From the NCBI GenBank assembly GCA_049997875.1, contig JBEKRC010000004.1:8928-72927 (forward strand): a stretch of 64,000 nucleotides of DNA, written 5' to 3'. The position numbers and the translations under genes were made by a program. The DNA comes from Minisyncoccia bacterium. GTDB lineage: Bacteria; Patescibacteriota; Minisyncoccia; UBA6257; 2-01-FULL-56-20. Positions 50,310-59,768 of this stretch are shown here, piece after piece (positions within the stretch are counted from its first letter, which is position 1; the number at the start of each line of letters is the position of its first letter). Under the pieces are notes generated by a model. The model was given only the letters and a program-made list of their open reading frames with translations. It made no database searches and was not told the DNA's origin.

Positions 50310-50809
50310 GCGGTTCGTTTTGCTTCTTCCACCGCCTTCGCGATCAAGGCGTCGTCAATCTTCTCCGGCGACATTTCCACGGTTTTTGCGATGGCGCGCC
50401 GCACGAGCGCCGCGGCTTCCTTGTCCATTGCCTTTCTCGCGTCCTCCTCCTTGGCCCGAACACGCTCGCCCATGTCCCGCATCGCTTCTGCTTCTTTGCG
50501 CTTCGCCTCGGCGAGCATTCTCGTTTCCACCACCTTCGCGTCGGCCTCGGTTTTCTTCAAAATGCCCACTGCCTGCACTTCCGCCTCTTTTATTTTCCCC
50601 TTGCCGATCTCCTCCACTTCCGCGAGGCGCCGGTCGGCCTCGTCGGCTTTCTGAAGTCCCTCTTCAATCCTCGCACGCCGGTCATGCAGAAGCTTCAAAA
50701 GCGGCTTGTAGACAAAAATCCGCAGTACCACGAGGAGCAGGAAAAAATTGACCGCCTGGCTCAAGAGCAGGTGCCAATCTATCCCAAGCTGTGAGAATAA
50801 TTGTTGCAT
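50306..50809 (-). CDS. atpF: ATP synthase subunit b
   Basis: QAVNFFLL...YKPL...RRARIEEGL coiled coil. Confidence 0.95.
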   Translation of the reverse strand: MQQLFSQLGIDWHLLLSQAVNFFLLLVVLRIFVYKPLLKLLHDRRARIEEGLQKADEADRRLAEVEEIGKGKIKEAEVQAVGILKKTEADAKVVETRMLAEAKRKEAEAMRDMGERVRAKEEDARKAMDKEAAALVRRAIAKTVEMSPEKIDDALIAKAVEEAKRTA

Positions 50810-50842
50810 AAAACCCGACTACCGGTTACTGGTTACTGGTTT

Positions 50843-51073
50843 CTAAGAGACGAACTTGATGATGAGTGCAATGACAAGCGAATAGATCGCGATGGCTTCC
50901 GCGAACGCGATGGCCAGGATCGCCATCGTTTGCACTTTGGTCGCCGCTTCGGGATTCCTTCCGATCGCATCCACTGCCTTTGAACCGATCCAGCCAATCG
51001 CGATTGCGGGCACGATGGTGCCCATGCCGATGGCGCCGAACGTGGCAAGAAGCCGGATACTGTTAACGTCCAT
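50843..51073 (-). CDS. atpE: ATP synthase subunit c
   Basis: IGRNPEA loop, essential Glu in AFAEAIAIY. Confidence 0.97.
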   Translation of the reverse strand: MDVNSIRLLATFGAIGMGTIVPAIAIGWIGSKAVDAIGRNPEAATKVQTMAILAIAFAEAIAIYSLVIALIIKFVS

Positions 51074-51096
51074 GCGTAATTGTTTTTGAATGAAGT

Positions 51097-51858
51097 TTAT
51101 GCGACCTTTTCAATTGCGTGCTCGTCAAAATCTTCGCCGTGCGAAACCGCTATGGCGACAAACACGAGGGTAAGCATCCCGAAGATGAACGCCTGGATGA
51201 ACCCGACGAAAATCTCCAAAAACATAAATGGCAAGGGCGCCAGGTACGGTACCAAAAAGGCCATGATGGCCAGAAGCACCTCCCCCGCAAAAATGTTCCC
51301 GAAGAGCCGGAATGAGAACGAAATAATCTTAGCAAATTCGGAGACAAGTTCAAGGATGCCCACGAAAAAGTCTATGGGCCCCTTGAAGTTGAAGAAAACC
51401 GAAAGGCGTGCCTTTAATCCAACGGCTGCTACGCCGAACGCGTTCGCGAAGGTGACCGCGATGAGCGCGAGCGCTAGCGTAAAGTTAAGGTCGCTCGCGG
51501 GCGAACGCAGGAGCGGGATCGCCCCGCCCCCCTGACGGACCACGATAGAACTCACTCCCGGGAAAAGCCCGAGCCAGTTTGAGCACAAAATGAAAAAGAA
51601 GACCGTGAACACGAGCGGCAGATATTTTTCCGCCTTTTTACGGCTGCCGAGCACGGAACTCATGAGGCCGAGGGCGCCCTCAAGGAGAATCTCTATGACG
51701 CCCTGTGCATTGCCGGGAACAAAAGAAAGTTTGCGCCGCAACGCGATCGCCACCACGGTCAAAAGCACAAAGACAAGCGCGGCCAGGAGGACCGCATTCG
51801 TCACCGGGAAGCTCCCGATGCGAAAAATCTCTTCCGCGCGAAGCGAAATTTGCAGCAT
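51097..51858 (-). CDS. atpB: ATP synthase subunit a
   Basis: SFRLFGNIFAGE, IQAFIF. Confidence 0.97.
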   Translation of the reverse strand: MLQISLRAEEIFRIGSFPVTNAVLLAALVFVLLTVVAIALRRKLSFVPGNAQGVIEILLEGALGLMSSVLGSRKKAEKYLPLVFTVFFFILCSNWLGLFPGVSSIVVRQGGGAIPLLRSPASDLNFTLALALIAVTFANAFGVAAVGLKARLSVFFNFKGPIDFFVGILELVSEFAKIISFSFRLFGNIFAGEVLLAIMAFLVPYLAPLPFMFLEIFVGFIQAFIFGMLTLVFVAIAVSHGEDFDEHAIEKVA

Positions 51859-52053
51859 ACGAGGGAATTATAGCAAAAAATTGCGGAATGTAAAAATCCC
51901 GTTGTTTAACGATTTTTTAATAAAACCCGCTTTCTAGTTGTTTTTGCTTTGAGCGTGCTTGTATATTTCCGATATCTAAATTGTGACGCTGTCCGGTATG
52001 CCGGCCGCCCCGGCCGATTCCCCACTTTCGCATAGTTTTTCATTTTATCAAAA

Positions 52054-52446
52054 CTATAAGTTTTGGATCAAAAAACCACTAAGCACTTTCAAGTCTTTTT
52101 TGTCTGGGTCGTAGTAATAGGTTTTTATACCAACGGATCGAGCGCTTTCTACTGCCTTCTGATCGTGTTCAAAATAAATGACGTCGTCCTTGCTTAAGCC
52201 AAAGTGTCCGAGCATCATTGCATAATATTTCGGGTCAGTTTTTTCCGGGTTGTGCTTCAATGTAAAAACTTCGTAGGGCATTTTATCCAAACCAAACTCT
52301 TTGAATTTCTCGTCATCAGCCCCTGTCAAAATAATTTTTCTATTCGGGAAAGTTTCAAGCAAATCATGCATTTCCTTAAAGATCTTGAAAGCGCCTCCTT
52401 CCTTTATTACAAAAGCGTGAACTGCATCAACGAGAATTGTTTTCAT
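52054..52446 (-). CDS. Small HAD-like protein
   Basis: ILVDAV, LTGAD, KTDP..Y, YFEHD pattern. Confidence 0.6.
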   Translation of the reverse strand: MKTILVDAVHAFVIKEGGAFKIFKEMHDLLETFPNRKIILTGADDEKFKEFGLDKMPYEVFTLKHNPEKTDPKYYAMMLGHFGLSKDDVIYFEHDQKAVESARSVGIKTYYYDPDKKDLKVLSGFLIQNL

Positions 52447-52520
52447 AATTTGATAGTAACAAATCTTACGCTATCTCACTACTCACCATTTCGAAAGAGG
52501 ACGAGCCGCGCCCTACAAAC

Positions 52521-52991
52521 TCAACCAAGCTTTGGCAACGCAAAGGGACTCTTCAGATATTCGCGGTACAGGCAAATGTTTTCCATATGATCAAACGCAA
52601 TCTCACTTTCAGGAGGCAATGCATTCAAGGAGAACCATCGCAATTCACTGTTTTCATCGTCGGGGACGCCGGTTTGTCCCAATGCGGTGCAATAATGTAC
52701 AAAAGAGATATTTTGCCTGTCTTCCCCGGGACGATGAGGACTATCAACGATGCGCAGAAGAACGAGGTCTTTCACCTTGTACCCGGTTTCTTCAAACACC
52801 TCGCGCACCACCGCTTCCTGAATGGTTTCGCCAAGCTCCATATAGCCACCAACGAGCGCCCATTTGCCACCCTCTAAAAACTTTTGCGCGCGCTTTACAA
52901 GTAGAATCTTGTCATTTTTGAGAACGAGGGCATCAATCACTGCATGACGCAACGAAGCCTTGCCCCCGTCTTCAAATATACAAGTAATCAT
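52521..52991 (-). CDS. NUDIX hydrolase
   Basis: GGYMELGETIQEAVVREVFEETG Nudix box, IAFDH. Confidence 0.92.
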   Translation of the reverse strand: MITCIFEDGGKASLRHAVIDALVLKNDKILLVKRAQKFLEGGKWALVGGYMELGETIQEAVVREVFEETGYKVKDLVLLRIVDSPHRPGEDRQNISFVHYCTALGQTGVPDDENSELRWFSLNALPPESEIAFDHMENICLYREYLKSPFALPKLG

Positions 52992-53581
52992 GTTTGAACC
53001 AGTTCCGCCAAAATATCTTCGGTCTTCCGGACGCGCCCCATCCTCGGAAAAATATTTTTGACGGAGTTTTCGTGCTCCTCGCCCGTGCGGCTGGACGTCA
53101 TGGCATCTTCGGCAAAAATCTGCTGATAGCCGTATTCGTACGCGAAGCGGGCAGTGCTTTCCACGCCGATACTCGTAGAGATGCCGCAGAGCACGATCGT
53201 ATCAATGCCGCGCCGCCGCAATTGGAGGTCCAACTCGGTGCCGTAGAACGCGCCCCACTGGCGCTTCGTGATCACGAAATCTCCCGGCTCGGGGCCAAGT
53301 TCGGGAACGATCTCCGCCCAATCCGGCGCCATGTTCGGAGAGGCCGGAAAGGCAGGCGCATCGGCGATCGGCGTGAGACCGTCCTTCCTATCCGGCGACG
53401 GCGTGACCCTCACGAGAAATACCGGCATCCCGTTTTTCCGGAAGGCTCGCGCAAGAGCGGAAGCGTTCTTCACGACCAAGCCCGACTCGTGCGGCCCGCA
53501 CGGCCTCCCCACAATGCCCTTTTGAAGATCAATCACCACCAGTGCCGTCTTGGTTTTGTCGGCAATGATACGATCAGCCAT
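52988..53581 (-). CDS. Isochorismatase-family hydrolase (YecD-like)
   Basis: ALVVIDLQKGI, KRQWGAFYGT, GISTSIGVESTAR. Confidence 0.92.
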   Translation of the reverse strand: MADRIIADKTKTALVVIDLQKGIVGRPCGPHESGLVVKNASALARAFRKNGMPVFLVRVTPSPDRKDGLTPIADAPAFPASPNMAPDWAEIVPELGPEPGDFVITKRQWGAFYGTELDLQLRRRGIDTIVLCGISTSIGVESTARFAYEYGYQQIFAEDAMTSSRTGEEHENSVKNIFPRMGRVRKTEDILAELVQT

Positions 53582-53607
53582 CGCCTTATTTTACCAAATA
53601 TAAAAAT

Positions 53608-53739
53608 TTCCCGCTCCAGCGGACGGACCCTAACTCGGCATCGTTTTAATATTGGTTTTCCTCGCTCGGAGTTGTTGCTTGACCCGAATTCTATGCCTGA
53701 TTTCACCGCGAAGCAGGTTCGAGTCCCGCCACCGGGGGT
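53608..53739 (+). ncRNA. Candidate structured ncRNA (6S-like) or tRNA 3' remnant
   Basis: Nested pairings GGAC-GGACC/GGTTC-GA-GTCC, GGCAT/ATGCC, TCGG/CCGA; contains GCAGGTTCGAGTCCCGC. Confidence 0.3.
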
Positions 53740-53802
53740 AAGGTAGTACGAGATAGCGCGGTCCAATCTGAATCCGCAAAGGAGTTTGTAAACTCAAATT
53801 GA

Positions 53803-53831
53803 GTGGGCAGGCGCCGAAAGCGTCTGCCCAC
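53803..53831. terminator. GC-rich hairpin downstream of the xylose-isomerase-like gene
   Basis: GTGGGCAGGCGC-cgaaa-GCGTCTGCCCAC. Confidence 0.6.
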
Positions 53832-53858
53832 AAAACGTCATCATGTTGAGATGCGATC

Positions 53859-55019
53859 TCAGAGATGCGCGAACGCTTCACTGAAGGTCGCAATGGTCCA
53901 CCTAGCGGACTTTTCGAGCGCACCGATAGTGTCGGCATACCGACAGAATCGGGCGTCGAACTCCACTGCGAAAGGATGACCAGTCTGGGCAGACCACTTG
54001 GCGCCGAGTTTAATCGTGTCGAGCTGGTCCTTCACCCACTCCGCGACACCTTCTCCGGGCAGAAAGTCGTTATCAACGTACTGCTGGAACTCCGAGGCAG
54101 GCGTGCCGCCCGGCTTGGACAGCAGCTCTGTGAAGCTCACAGTACCCAGTCCACCGGAGTTGAGATGTATCGCGCCGCCGAAGACACCTGCGTCGATTGC
54201 TTGTTGCATCGCAGCGGCGAACTTCTGGCCACCGCCACGACTGTGGCAGAATTCTCCTTGCCACTCGGCGACCATGGCTCCGGCCACCTTATTGATTTGC
54301 CGAACGCATTCAATCTCGAGCGAAGTGTCCGTGAATACGTCGAGATAGCAAGGATCGCCGGCAGGTTTGCCCTCGATTTTCAGCTTTGTGTTGGTAAACC
54401 CCCTTTCCCGAGCCATCTTCACGGCGTTGCCCACGCCGTTCACGATCAGACTCCACTCCTCGAGTTGCGGATTGAAATCGTGTCCGAGGAGCACGTCGTG
54501 ACCCTGGACGAGCCTCTTCCACCGAATGCCGTCCGGCCCTGTCCAAAAGATTACATCACCTTCGCTGCCTGCCATCTTGACACGGTCCGACCACTTGAAG
54601 CTGTAGATCAACATGTCGCTGGCTAGCTTTCGACGGATCGGATCTGGATTGATGAATGCTCCGTCATCGCTTCCGGGAAGACCGAACCCGGGAGGAACGA
54701 TGCGTCCGATCAGCGGGTAGTGGCCGCACAATGCGCCATCCATCCATTGATCGAGGGAGATACCCCGTGGATTGTTCCACTGGGCGCTGTAGCCAACTTC
54801 TGGCGCGTCATCGGGAACGCGCAGCTCGTGCCACCAGTGACCCGACACTGCGATCTCGATGCCGTGCTCGGCCATCAAGCGCTTGTTCAGTTGAGCAACC
54901 GCCCAGAGCGCTTCGGCCATAGTTGTATAACCACCGGCAGTCGGGTTCCCGAAGGCCATAATCTGCCTCAGGAGATGCCAGCTACCGACCAGTAACTTCA
55001 ACGTAGGCGCGTGTTTCAT
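53859..55019 (-). CDS. Divergent xylose-isomerase-like TIM-barrel protein
   Basis: DGAFINPDPIRR, FWTGPDG, IEGKPAGDP, EFCH, HLN, DNDF, EFDA correspond in order to XylA metal/substrate motifs. Confidence 0.7.
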   Translation of the reverse strand: MKHAPTLKLLVGSWHLLRQIMAFGNPTAGGYTTMAEALWAVAQLNKRLMAEHGIEIAVSGHWWHELRVPDDAPEVGYSAQWNNPRGISLDQWMDGALCGHYPLIGRIVPPGFGLPGSDDGAFINPDPIRRKLASDMLIYSFKWSDRVKMAGSEGDVIFWTGPDGIRWKRLVQGHDVLLGHDFNPQLEEWSLIVNGVGNAVKMARERGFTNTKLKIEGKPAGDPCYLDVFTDTSLEIECVRQINKVAGAMVAEWQGEFCHSRGGGQKFAAAMQQAIDAGVFGGAIHLNSGGLGTVSFTELLSKPGGTPASEFQQYVDNDFLPGEGVAEWVKDQLDTIKLGAKWSAQTGHPFAVEFDARFCRYADTIGALEKSARWTIATFSEAFAHL

Positions 55020-55333
55020 GCTGTACCATCCTTTTTGTGTCAGTCTTATTACGGTTGTGAACAACCTCCGTTACATTAGTACGAATTAAGTTCTTGTCAA
55101 GAAATTCGGCCACACCCGTCAGTTCCGATTTCTGCCGCTGGTAGCAGTTCCGGACAAAAAACGAAAACGTAGCACACTCTGCGAGCGGCATTTTTCTTAG
55201 GGTCTTATTAACCCTGGGTAGGTCACTTTCACCAAAACTGTCTGCTCTGGCAGTTGGAATCGAAACGCAATAGAGCCACATTCAATACCCTCGCATGAGA
55301 TTTTTATAGACCATGTTGAAAACGGCCGTACCG

Positions 55334-55407
55334 TGGAGCCGCCGGGATTTGCGCCCGATTCTTCGCTTTCCAAAGACGATATTCTAACTGTAATAAACTA
55401 CGGCCCC
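55334..55407 (-). tRNA. Atypical tRNA-like gene: Ala-type acceptor (G3:U70) with TGG (Pro) anticodon
   Basis: GGGGCCG TA GTTT ATTACAGTTA GAAT A TCGTC TTTGGAA AGCGA AGAA TCGGG CGCAAAT CCCGG CGGCTCC A; 74-nt cloverleaf; TGnTATGGT -10 box at 55425-55433. Confidence 0.65.
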
Positions 55408-55760
55408 GTCTCCACGGCGCGCTTACCATAGCAAAAACACGATTAAAATTATTTAAAATGCAAACGGCCACAAAAGTGGTCGTTGCACGGAAAGCGAAGA
55501 ATTAATCCGTAGTCATACAGACTAATACCGTCTTCCTAAAAAGGATAGCGCTCCCGAGCAAAAAGTCAAACATCGTTTAATAAAAATTTAATGTCCCCGA
55601 GAACAACGAAGCGCCGCAGTGCTTTTGAGAGGATCGCGCAGCCCCGTTCGGCTTGGTCCGAAATGCCGTTGCGTGCATTTCGGCGAACGGGGCGAGCGGC
55701 AAGAAAAATTTCTCGCCGGAAGAAATTTATTCTGGCTCTCAAAAGCACTGTGGCGCGAGC

Positions 55761-56672
55761 CTAGTTTCGTAGGTACCGCCTGACCGCAATAAAACTGGAA
55801 AGTCCGCCGATCACAACACCGAAGAGAAGTTCGTAAAGGAAAAATTGCAGGAGATGGACATAGAAATATCGAAAAATGCTCAAGCCGGGGATGAACACAT
55901 CAAGATACGGCGAAACGAAATAAAGCATGGGCGCGATCAGGATCAGGCTGACGACCGTTGAAATCGCGCCGCAGAGCACGCCCTCCACCACGTACGGCCC
56001 GCGTACGAGGGCATTGGAAGCGCCCACCACGCGCATGACGCCGATCTCCTCGCGGTTGGAATAGATGGCGAGGCGGATCGTATTGAAAGCCACGAGCCCG
56101 GCGATGAGCGCGAGAAGCAGCGCGACGACAAATCCGCCGGTCTCCACCGTTTTAACGATCTTTGCGAGCCTTTCAATCACGGTCTGGTTATTGTAATAGC
56201 TCGGCTGGCCATCAAGGTACTGCGTGATGTCGGGCGAGCTCAAGTATTGCGCGATCGCCGCGTACTGGCTCGGATCCTTCGCTTTGATATTGAGCGACGC
56301 TTCCAGCGGATTCGTATCAAGTTCGTTGATCGCCTGGCTCACGGTCGCATCGCTCGCGTGGTTTTGCTTGAAGATCGCGAGCGCCTGATCGCGCGAAATA
56401 TAACTCACGCTCTGCACCTCCGATAATCCCTCAAGCGACTGCTGGATGTTCAAAATCTGGTCCTCGGAGGTGTTCGTATTGAAGTACACGCTGATGTCAA
56501 TCTTGTCTTGGATGGAGGCAGCGGCGCGGTCGGTGATCACGCCGAAAATGATGAGCGAACCGAATACGAAAAGCGCAACGGTCATGATGGCCATCGTCGC
56601 CATGGAAAGCCACCCGTTCCGCCGGAAGTTCTTCAGCCCGAATTGGAAGATGCGCGAAATGACCGTGATCAT
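55761..56672 (-). CDS. ftsX: Cell division permease FtsX
   Basis: NPLEASL, NTIRLAIYSNREEIGVMRVVGA...PYVVEG. Confidence 0.95.
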   Translation of the reverse strand: MITVISRIFQFGLKNFRRNGWLSMATMAIMTVALFVFGSLIIFGVITDRAAASIQDKIDISVYFNTNTSEDQILNIQQSLEGLSEVQSVSYISRDQALAIFKQNHASDATVSQAINELDTNPLEASLNIKAKDPSQYAAIAQYLSSPDITQYLDGQPSYYNNQTVIERLAKIVKTVETGGFVVALLLALIAGLVAFNTIRLAIYSNREEIGVMRVVGASNALVRGPYVVEGVLCGAISTVVSLILIAPMLYFVSPYLDVFIPGLSIFRYFYVHLLQFFLYELLFGVVIGGLSSFIAVRRYLRN

Positions 56673-56674
56673 GG

Positions 56675-57358
56675 TTACACCAGAATATATTTTCCTTTTT
56701 GCTCGTCGCGAATGAGCCGTCCGCGGTCCAGCGTGATCACTCTTTTCTCCAGACTGTTGATCACTTCTTTGTCGTGGGTCGCAAGCACGACCGTCGTACC
56801 GAGCTGGTTGATCTTCTCCAAAAGCTTCACGATCTCAAACGTATGAAACGGATCAAGGTTGCCCGTCGGCTCGTCGGCGATCACGACTTCCGGCCGGTGG
56901 ATCATCGCCCGCGCGATCGCCACGCGCTGCCGTTCGCCGCCCGAAAGTTCGCTCGGAAAATTTCTCATCTTGTCCCCCAATCCTACCATGTCCAGCACTT
57001 GAGGAACGAGCTCCGCGATCTCCCGCTGCGGCCGCCCTGCCACCTCAAGCGCGAATGCCACGTTTTCATACGCGTTTTTAGTCGGGAGGAGCCGAAAGTC
57101 CTGGAATACGACGCCAATGTGCCGCCGGAAGGCAGGCAATTCCTTATCCACCAATTTGTTCACTTCGTACTGCCCAAAAAATACCCGCCCCTTCGTGGGT
57201 TTTTCCTCGCCGATCAGAAGCTTGACGACGGTGGACTTTCCCGCGCCCGATCTGCCCGCGAGAGACACGAATTCCCCGGGATCAATCTGGAACGATACTT
57301 CCTCCAGCGCCGTGGCTTCGTGATTGTAATGCTTGGAAACTGTCTGGAAAACGATCAT
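56675..57358 (-). CDS. ftsE: Cell division ATP-binding protein FtsE
   Basis: [32 protein letters not shown]; upstream of ftsX. Confidence 0.95.
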   Translation of the reverse strand: MIVFQTVSKHYNHEATALEEVSFQIDPGEFVSLAGRSGAGKSTVVKLLIGEEKPTKGRVFFGQYEVNKLVDKELPAFRRHIGVVFQDFRLLPTKNAYENVAFALEVAGRPQREIAELVPQVLDMVGLGDKMRNFPSELSGGERQRVAIARAMIHRPEVVIADEPTGNLDPFHTFEIVKLLEKINQLGTTVVLATHDKEVINSLEKRVITLDRGRLIRDEQKGKYILV

Positions 57359-57381
57359 GAAATTCGCTGTTAATTTGTATT

Positions 57382-58432
57382 CTATAACATTTCAAGCTCC
57401 GCTTCAATGAACAGGTCTAGGTCGCCCGCGAGCACTGCGTCCACTTTCGCCGTTTCCGCCTCCGTGCGGTGGTCCTTCACCATTTGGTAAGGGTTCAGAA
57501 CATACGAACGGATCTGGTTTCCCCACTCGGGCTTTACCTTCACGCGCAACGCGCCGATCTCGCTCACCTTTTCCTTCTCCATCAGATTAAAAAGCTTCGC
57601 CTTGAGGAGCTTGAGCGCATACGCGCGGTTCTGCGCCTGCGAGCGCTGCGCTTGCGAACTTACGGCGAGCCCGGTCGGGAGATGCACCACGCGCACTGCC
57701 GTTTCCACCTTGTTCACATTCTGTCCGCCCGGACCGCCCGAGCGATAGAATTCAAATTTAAGGTCTTTTTCCGGGATCTGCAGTTTTGATTCTTCAAGCG
57801 GCGGCAAATCCGGAATCACTTCCACGAGCGCGAACGACGTGTGTCGCAGCTTTTTAGGCGAAAACGGCGAAATACGCACAAGGCGGTGGACGCCGGATTC
57901 TTTCTTCAAATATCCGTAGGCGTAATCCCCTTTTATTTCCACTGTCCGCGAGCGGATGTTGTCGTCAATCACCCGCAGCTTCCATCCGCGCCGCTTCGCG
58001 TAACTTTCATACATAACGCCCAGCATCCGCGCCCAGTCCTCTGCATCCTCGCCGCCCGCGCCGGGATAAACCGCGAGCACTGCCGCCTGTATGTCATAGC
58101 GCCCGACAAACAGCTGCTTCAGTTCAAACTCCTTGAATTTCTTTTTCAGTTCGTAAAATTTCGCTTCGTCAAAACTCTCGCCGCCTGCCGCGGCCATGAG
58201 TGCCGCGATGCCACTTTCAATTTCGCGGTACTGTACCACGAGATCATTCAGAACTCCCAGCTCTTTGATTGCTTCATCTGCCGCTGCGCGGTTTTTCCAA
58301 AACGCCCCGTCGGCCATCTCGGCCGTGAGTTCCTTTATTCTCTTTTCACTTGCGGCCAAGTCAAAGCCGCCCGCCTAACCGGCGGGCATCGGTCGCAAGC
58401 TCATCTAATTCTTTTCTTGTGTTTGTATCCAT
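57382..58432 (-). CDS. prfB: Peptide chain release factor 2, +1 programmed frameshift
   Basis: [23 protein letters not shown] then CTT TGA C at 58366-58360; second frame carries SPF and GGQ; alternative in-frame ATG at 58513. Confidence 0.95.
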
Positions 58433-58534
58433 CTTCGTTTCGTCGGATTCGCGGCGCAGCAGCGGCAGGAACGCGCGCTCTCCGACGGCGCGCCGCTGCT
58501 TTTTGCCATACATTCAATATACCATAACCCTTTG

Positions 58535-58606
58535 AGCCGGAGAGAGGAGTCGAACCTCCAACCTCTGCTTTACGAAAGCATTGCTCTGCCATTGAGCTAC
58601 TCCGGC
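58535..58606 (-). tRNA. tRNA-Thr(CGT)
   Basis: GCCGGAG/CTCCGGC acceptor, loop TT CGT AA, T arm GGAGG-TTCGACT-CCTCT; no CCA. Confidence 0.95.
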
Positions 58607-58690
58607 GACAATGAAAATCTAGCAAATTTTTCCGAATATGAAAAGGGTGCGATTGACGGAAGCGCCGCGCTCGTGCTACCATGCGCAGGT

Positions 58691-58939
58691 ATGAAAAAGG
58701 ACATTCACCCGACGTATTTCCCCCAAGCCCATGTCGTCTGCGCATGCGGCAACACGTTCACCGTGGGCGCAACGAAGGCCGAGATCAAAGTTGAGATCTG
58801 TTCCCATTGCCACCCGTTCTACACGGGCGAAGAGAAGCTGATAGACACCGCTGGCCGCGTGGAGAAGTTCAAGACGCGCCGCGCGAAAGCCGTTCGCAAG
58901 CCGAAACCGAAGAAGGTGCGGGCTAAAAAAACGCGTTAA
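58691..58939 (+). CDS. rpmE: 50S ribosomal protein L31
   Basis: MKKDIHPTY...CACGN...[12 protein letters not shown]...GRVEKF. Confidence 0.97.
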   Translation: MKKDIHPTYFPQAHVVCACGNTFTVGATKAEIKVEICSHCHPFYTGEEKLIDTAGRVEKFKTRRAKAVRKPKPKKVRAKKTR

Positions 58940-58972
58940 CGGGCGCCGGCAACAAAAGGCGATCTCCATCCG

Positions 58973-59722
58973 TCATATCGTTGGAATACTGAACGAGAAA
59001 GCGGATCCCTTGCCCTCGCCTTCGGACGATACCGAAATTTTCCCGTTATGGGCTTCCACGAACATCTTCGCGACGTGGAGGCCAAGGCCGCTGCCGCGGA
59101 TCTCGCCCTTCACGCGCTCGTCGCGGACGAACTCCTCAAACAAAAACGGCTGGACTCCCTCCGAGATGCCGATCCCGGAATCCGCGACCGAAAGCACGAC
59201 ATTTCCGTCCTTCTCTTCCACGTTCACCTTTACAAAACCTTTTTCGGTGTACTTCACGGCGTTGTCAACCAAATTTTTTATCACGTGCTGCAGCTTTTGC
59301 TCATCGCCATAGATCATGATCTCTTTTTGCGGCGCCTGGAATTCCAAATTCAGGCCTTTGCTTGACGCAAGATGGCCCAGTTCCTCCGCCGCCTGTCGCG
59401 CGAGTTTCACGAAATCAATGTTCGCCATTTGATATTCAATCCTCCCCTCTTCAATCTTGCGAAGATCTATCACATTGTCCACAAGGTTCACGAGGTCTTC
59501 GGCTGCAAACTCAATTTTTGCCATGACTTCTCTCGCGCGGTTGTCTATTTCGCCGTAATAGCCGTCACGCAAGAGCGCCGCGTAGCCGCGGATAATGCCC
59601 AATGGCGCCTTCATCTGATGCGACGTGAGCGCCAAAAGATGCGTCTTGAAATGGTTCAGGTCATTGAGCTTTCTGTTGTCCTCCTCAAGCTTCTTGCGAA
59701 GCTCGTCAGCATCGGCGCTCAT
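58973..59722 (-). CDS. Sensor-less cytoplasmic histidine kinase (HisKA + HATPase)
   Basis: TSHQMKAP H-box ~35 aa from the start, NLVDNAVKYT, DSGIG, GSGLGL. Confidence 0.9.
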   Translation of the reverse strand: MSADADELRKKLEEDNRKLNDLNHFKTHLLALTSHQMKAPLGIIRGYAALLRDGYYGEIDNRAREVMAKIEFAAEDLVNLVDNVIDLRKIEEGRIEYQMANIDFVKLARQAAEELGHLASSKGLNLEFQAPQKEIMIYGDEQKLQHVIKNLVDNAVKYTEKGFVKVNVEEKDGNVVLSVADSGIGISEGVQPFLFEEFVRDERVKGEIRGSGLGLHVAKMFVEAHNGKISVSSEGEGKGSAFSFSIPTI

Positions 59723-59768
59723 GCTTATATGATACCAAGCCGTTTTAACTCTCGCTCTGCAACGAGGG

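Noticed and set aside
50818-50842. GGTTACT tandem repeat between atpE and atpF
   Set aside because: Only ~2.5 copies of a 7-mer; too short to support a function
53600-53800. TPP, cobalamin or c-di-AMP riboswitch upstream of the isochorismatase gene
   Set aside because: Only isolated words match, the conserved cores are missing, and the gene has its own leaderless -10 box
55334-55407. tmRNA (ssrA) interpretation of the GGGGCCG...CGGCTCCA ends
   Set aside because: Ends are only 74 nt apart, with no tag reading frame and not in permuted order; kept as an atypical tRNA-like gene instead
57382-58432. prfB as a pseudogene
   Set aside because: The break is the canonical CTT-TGA-C programmed +1 frameshift
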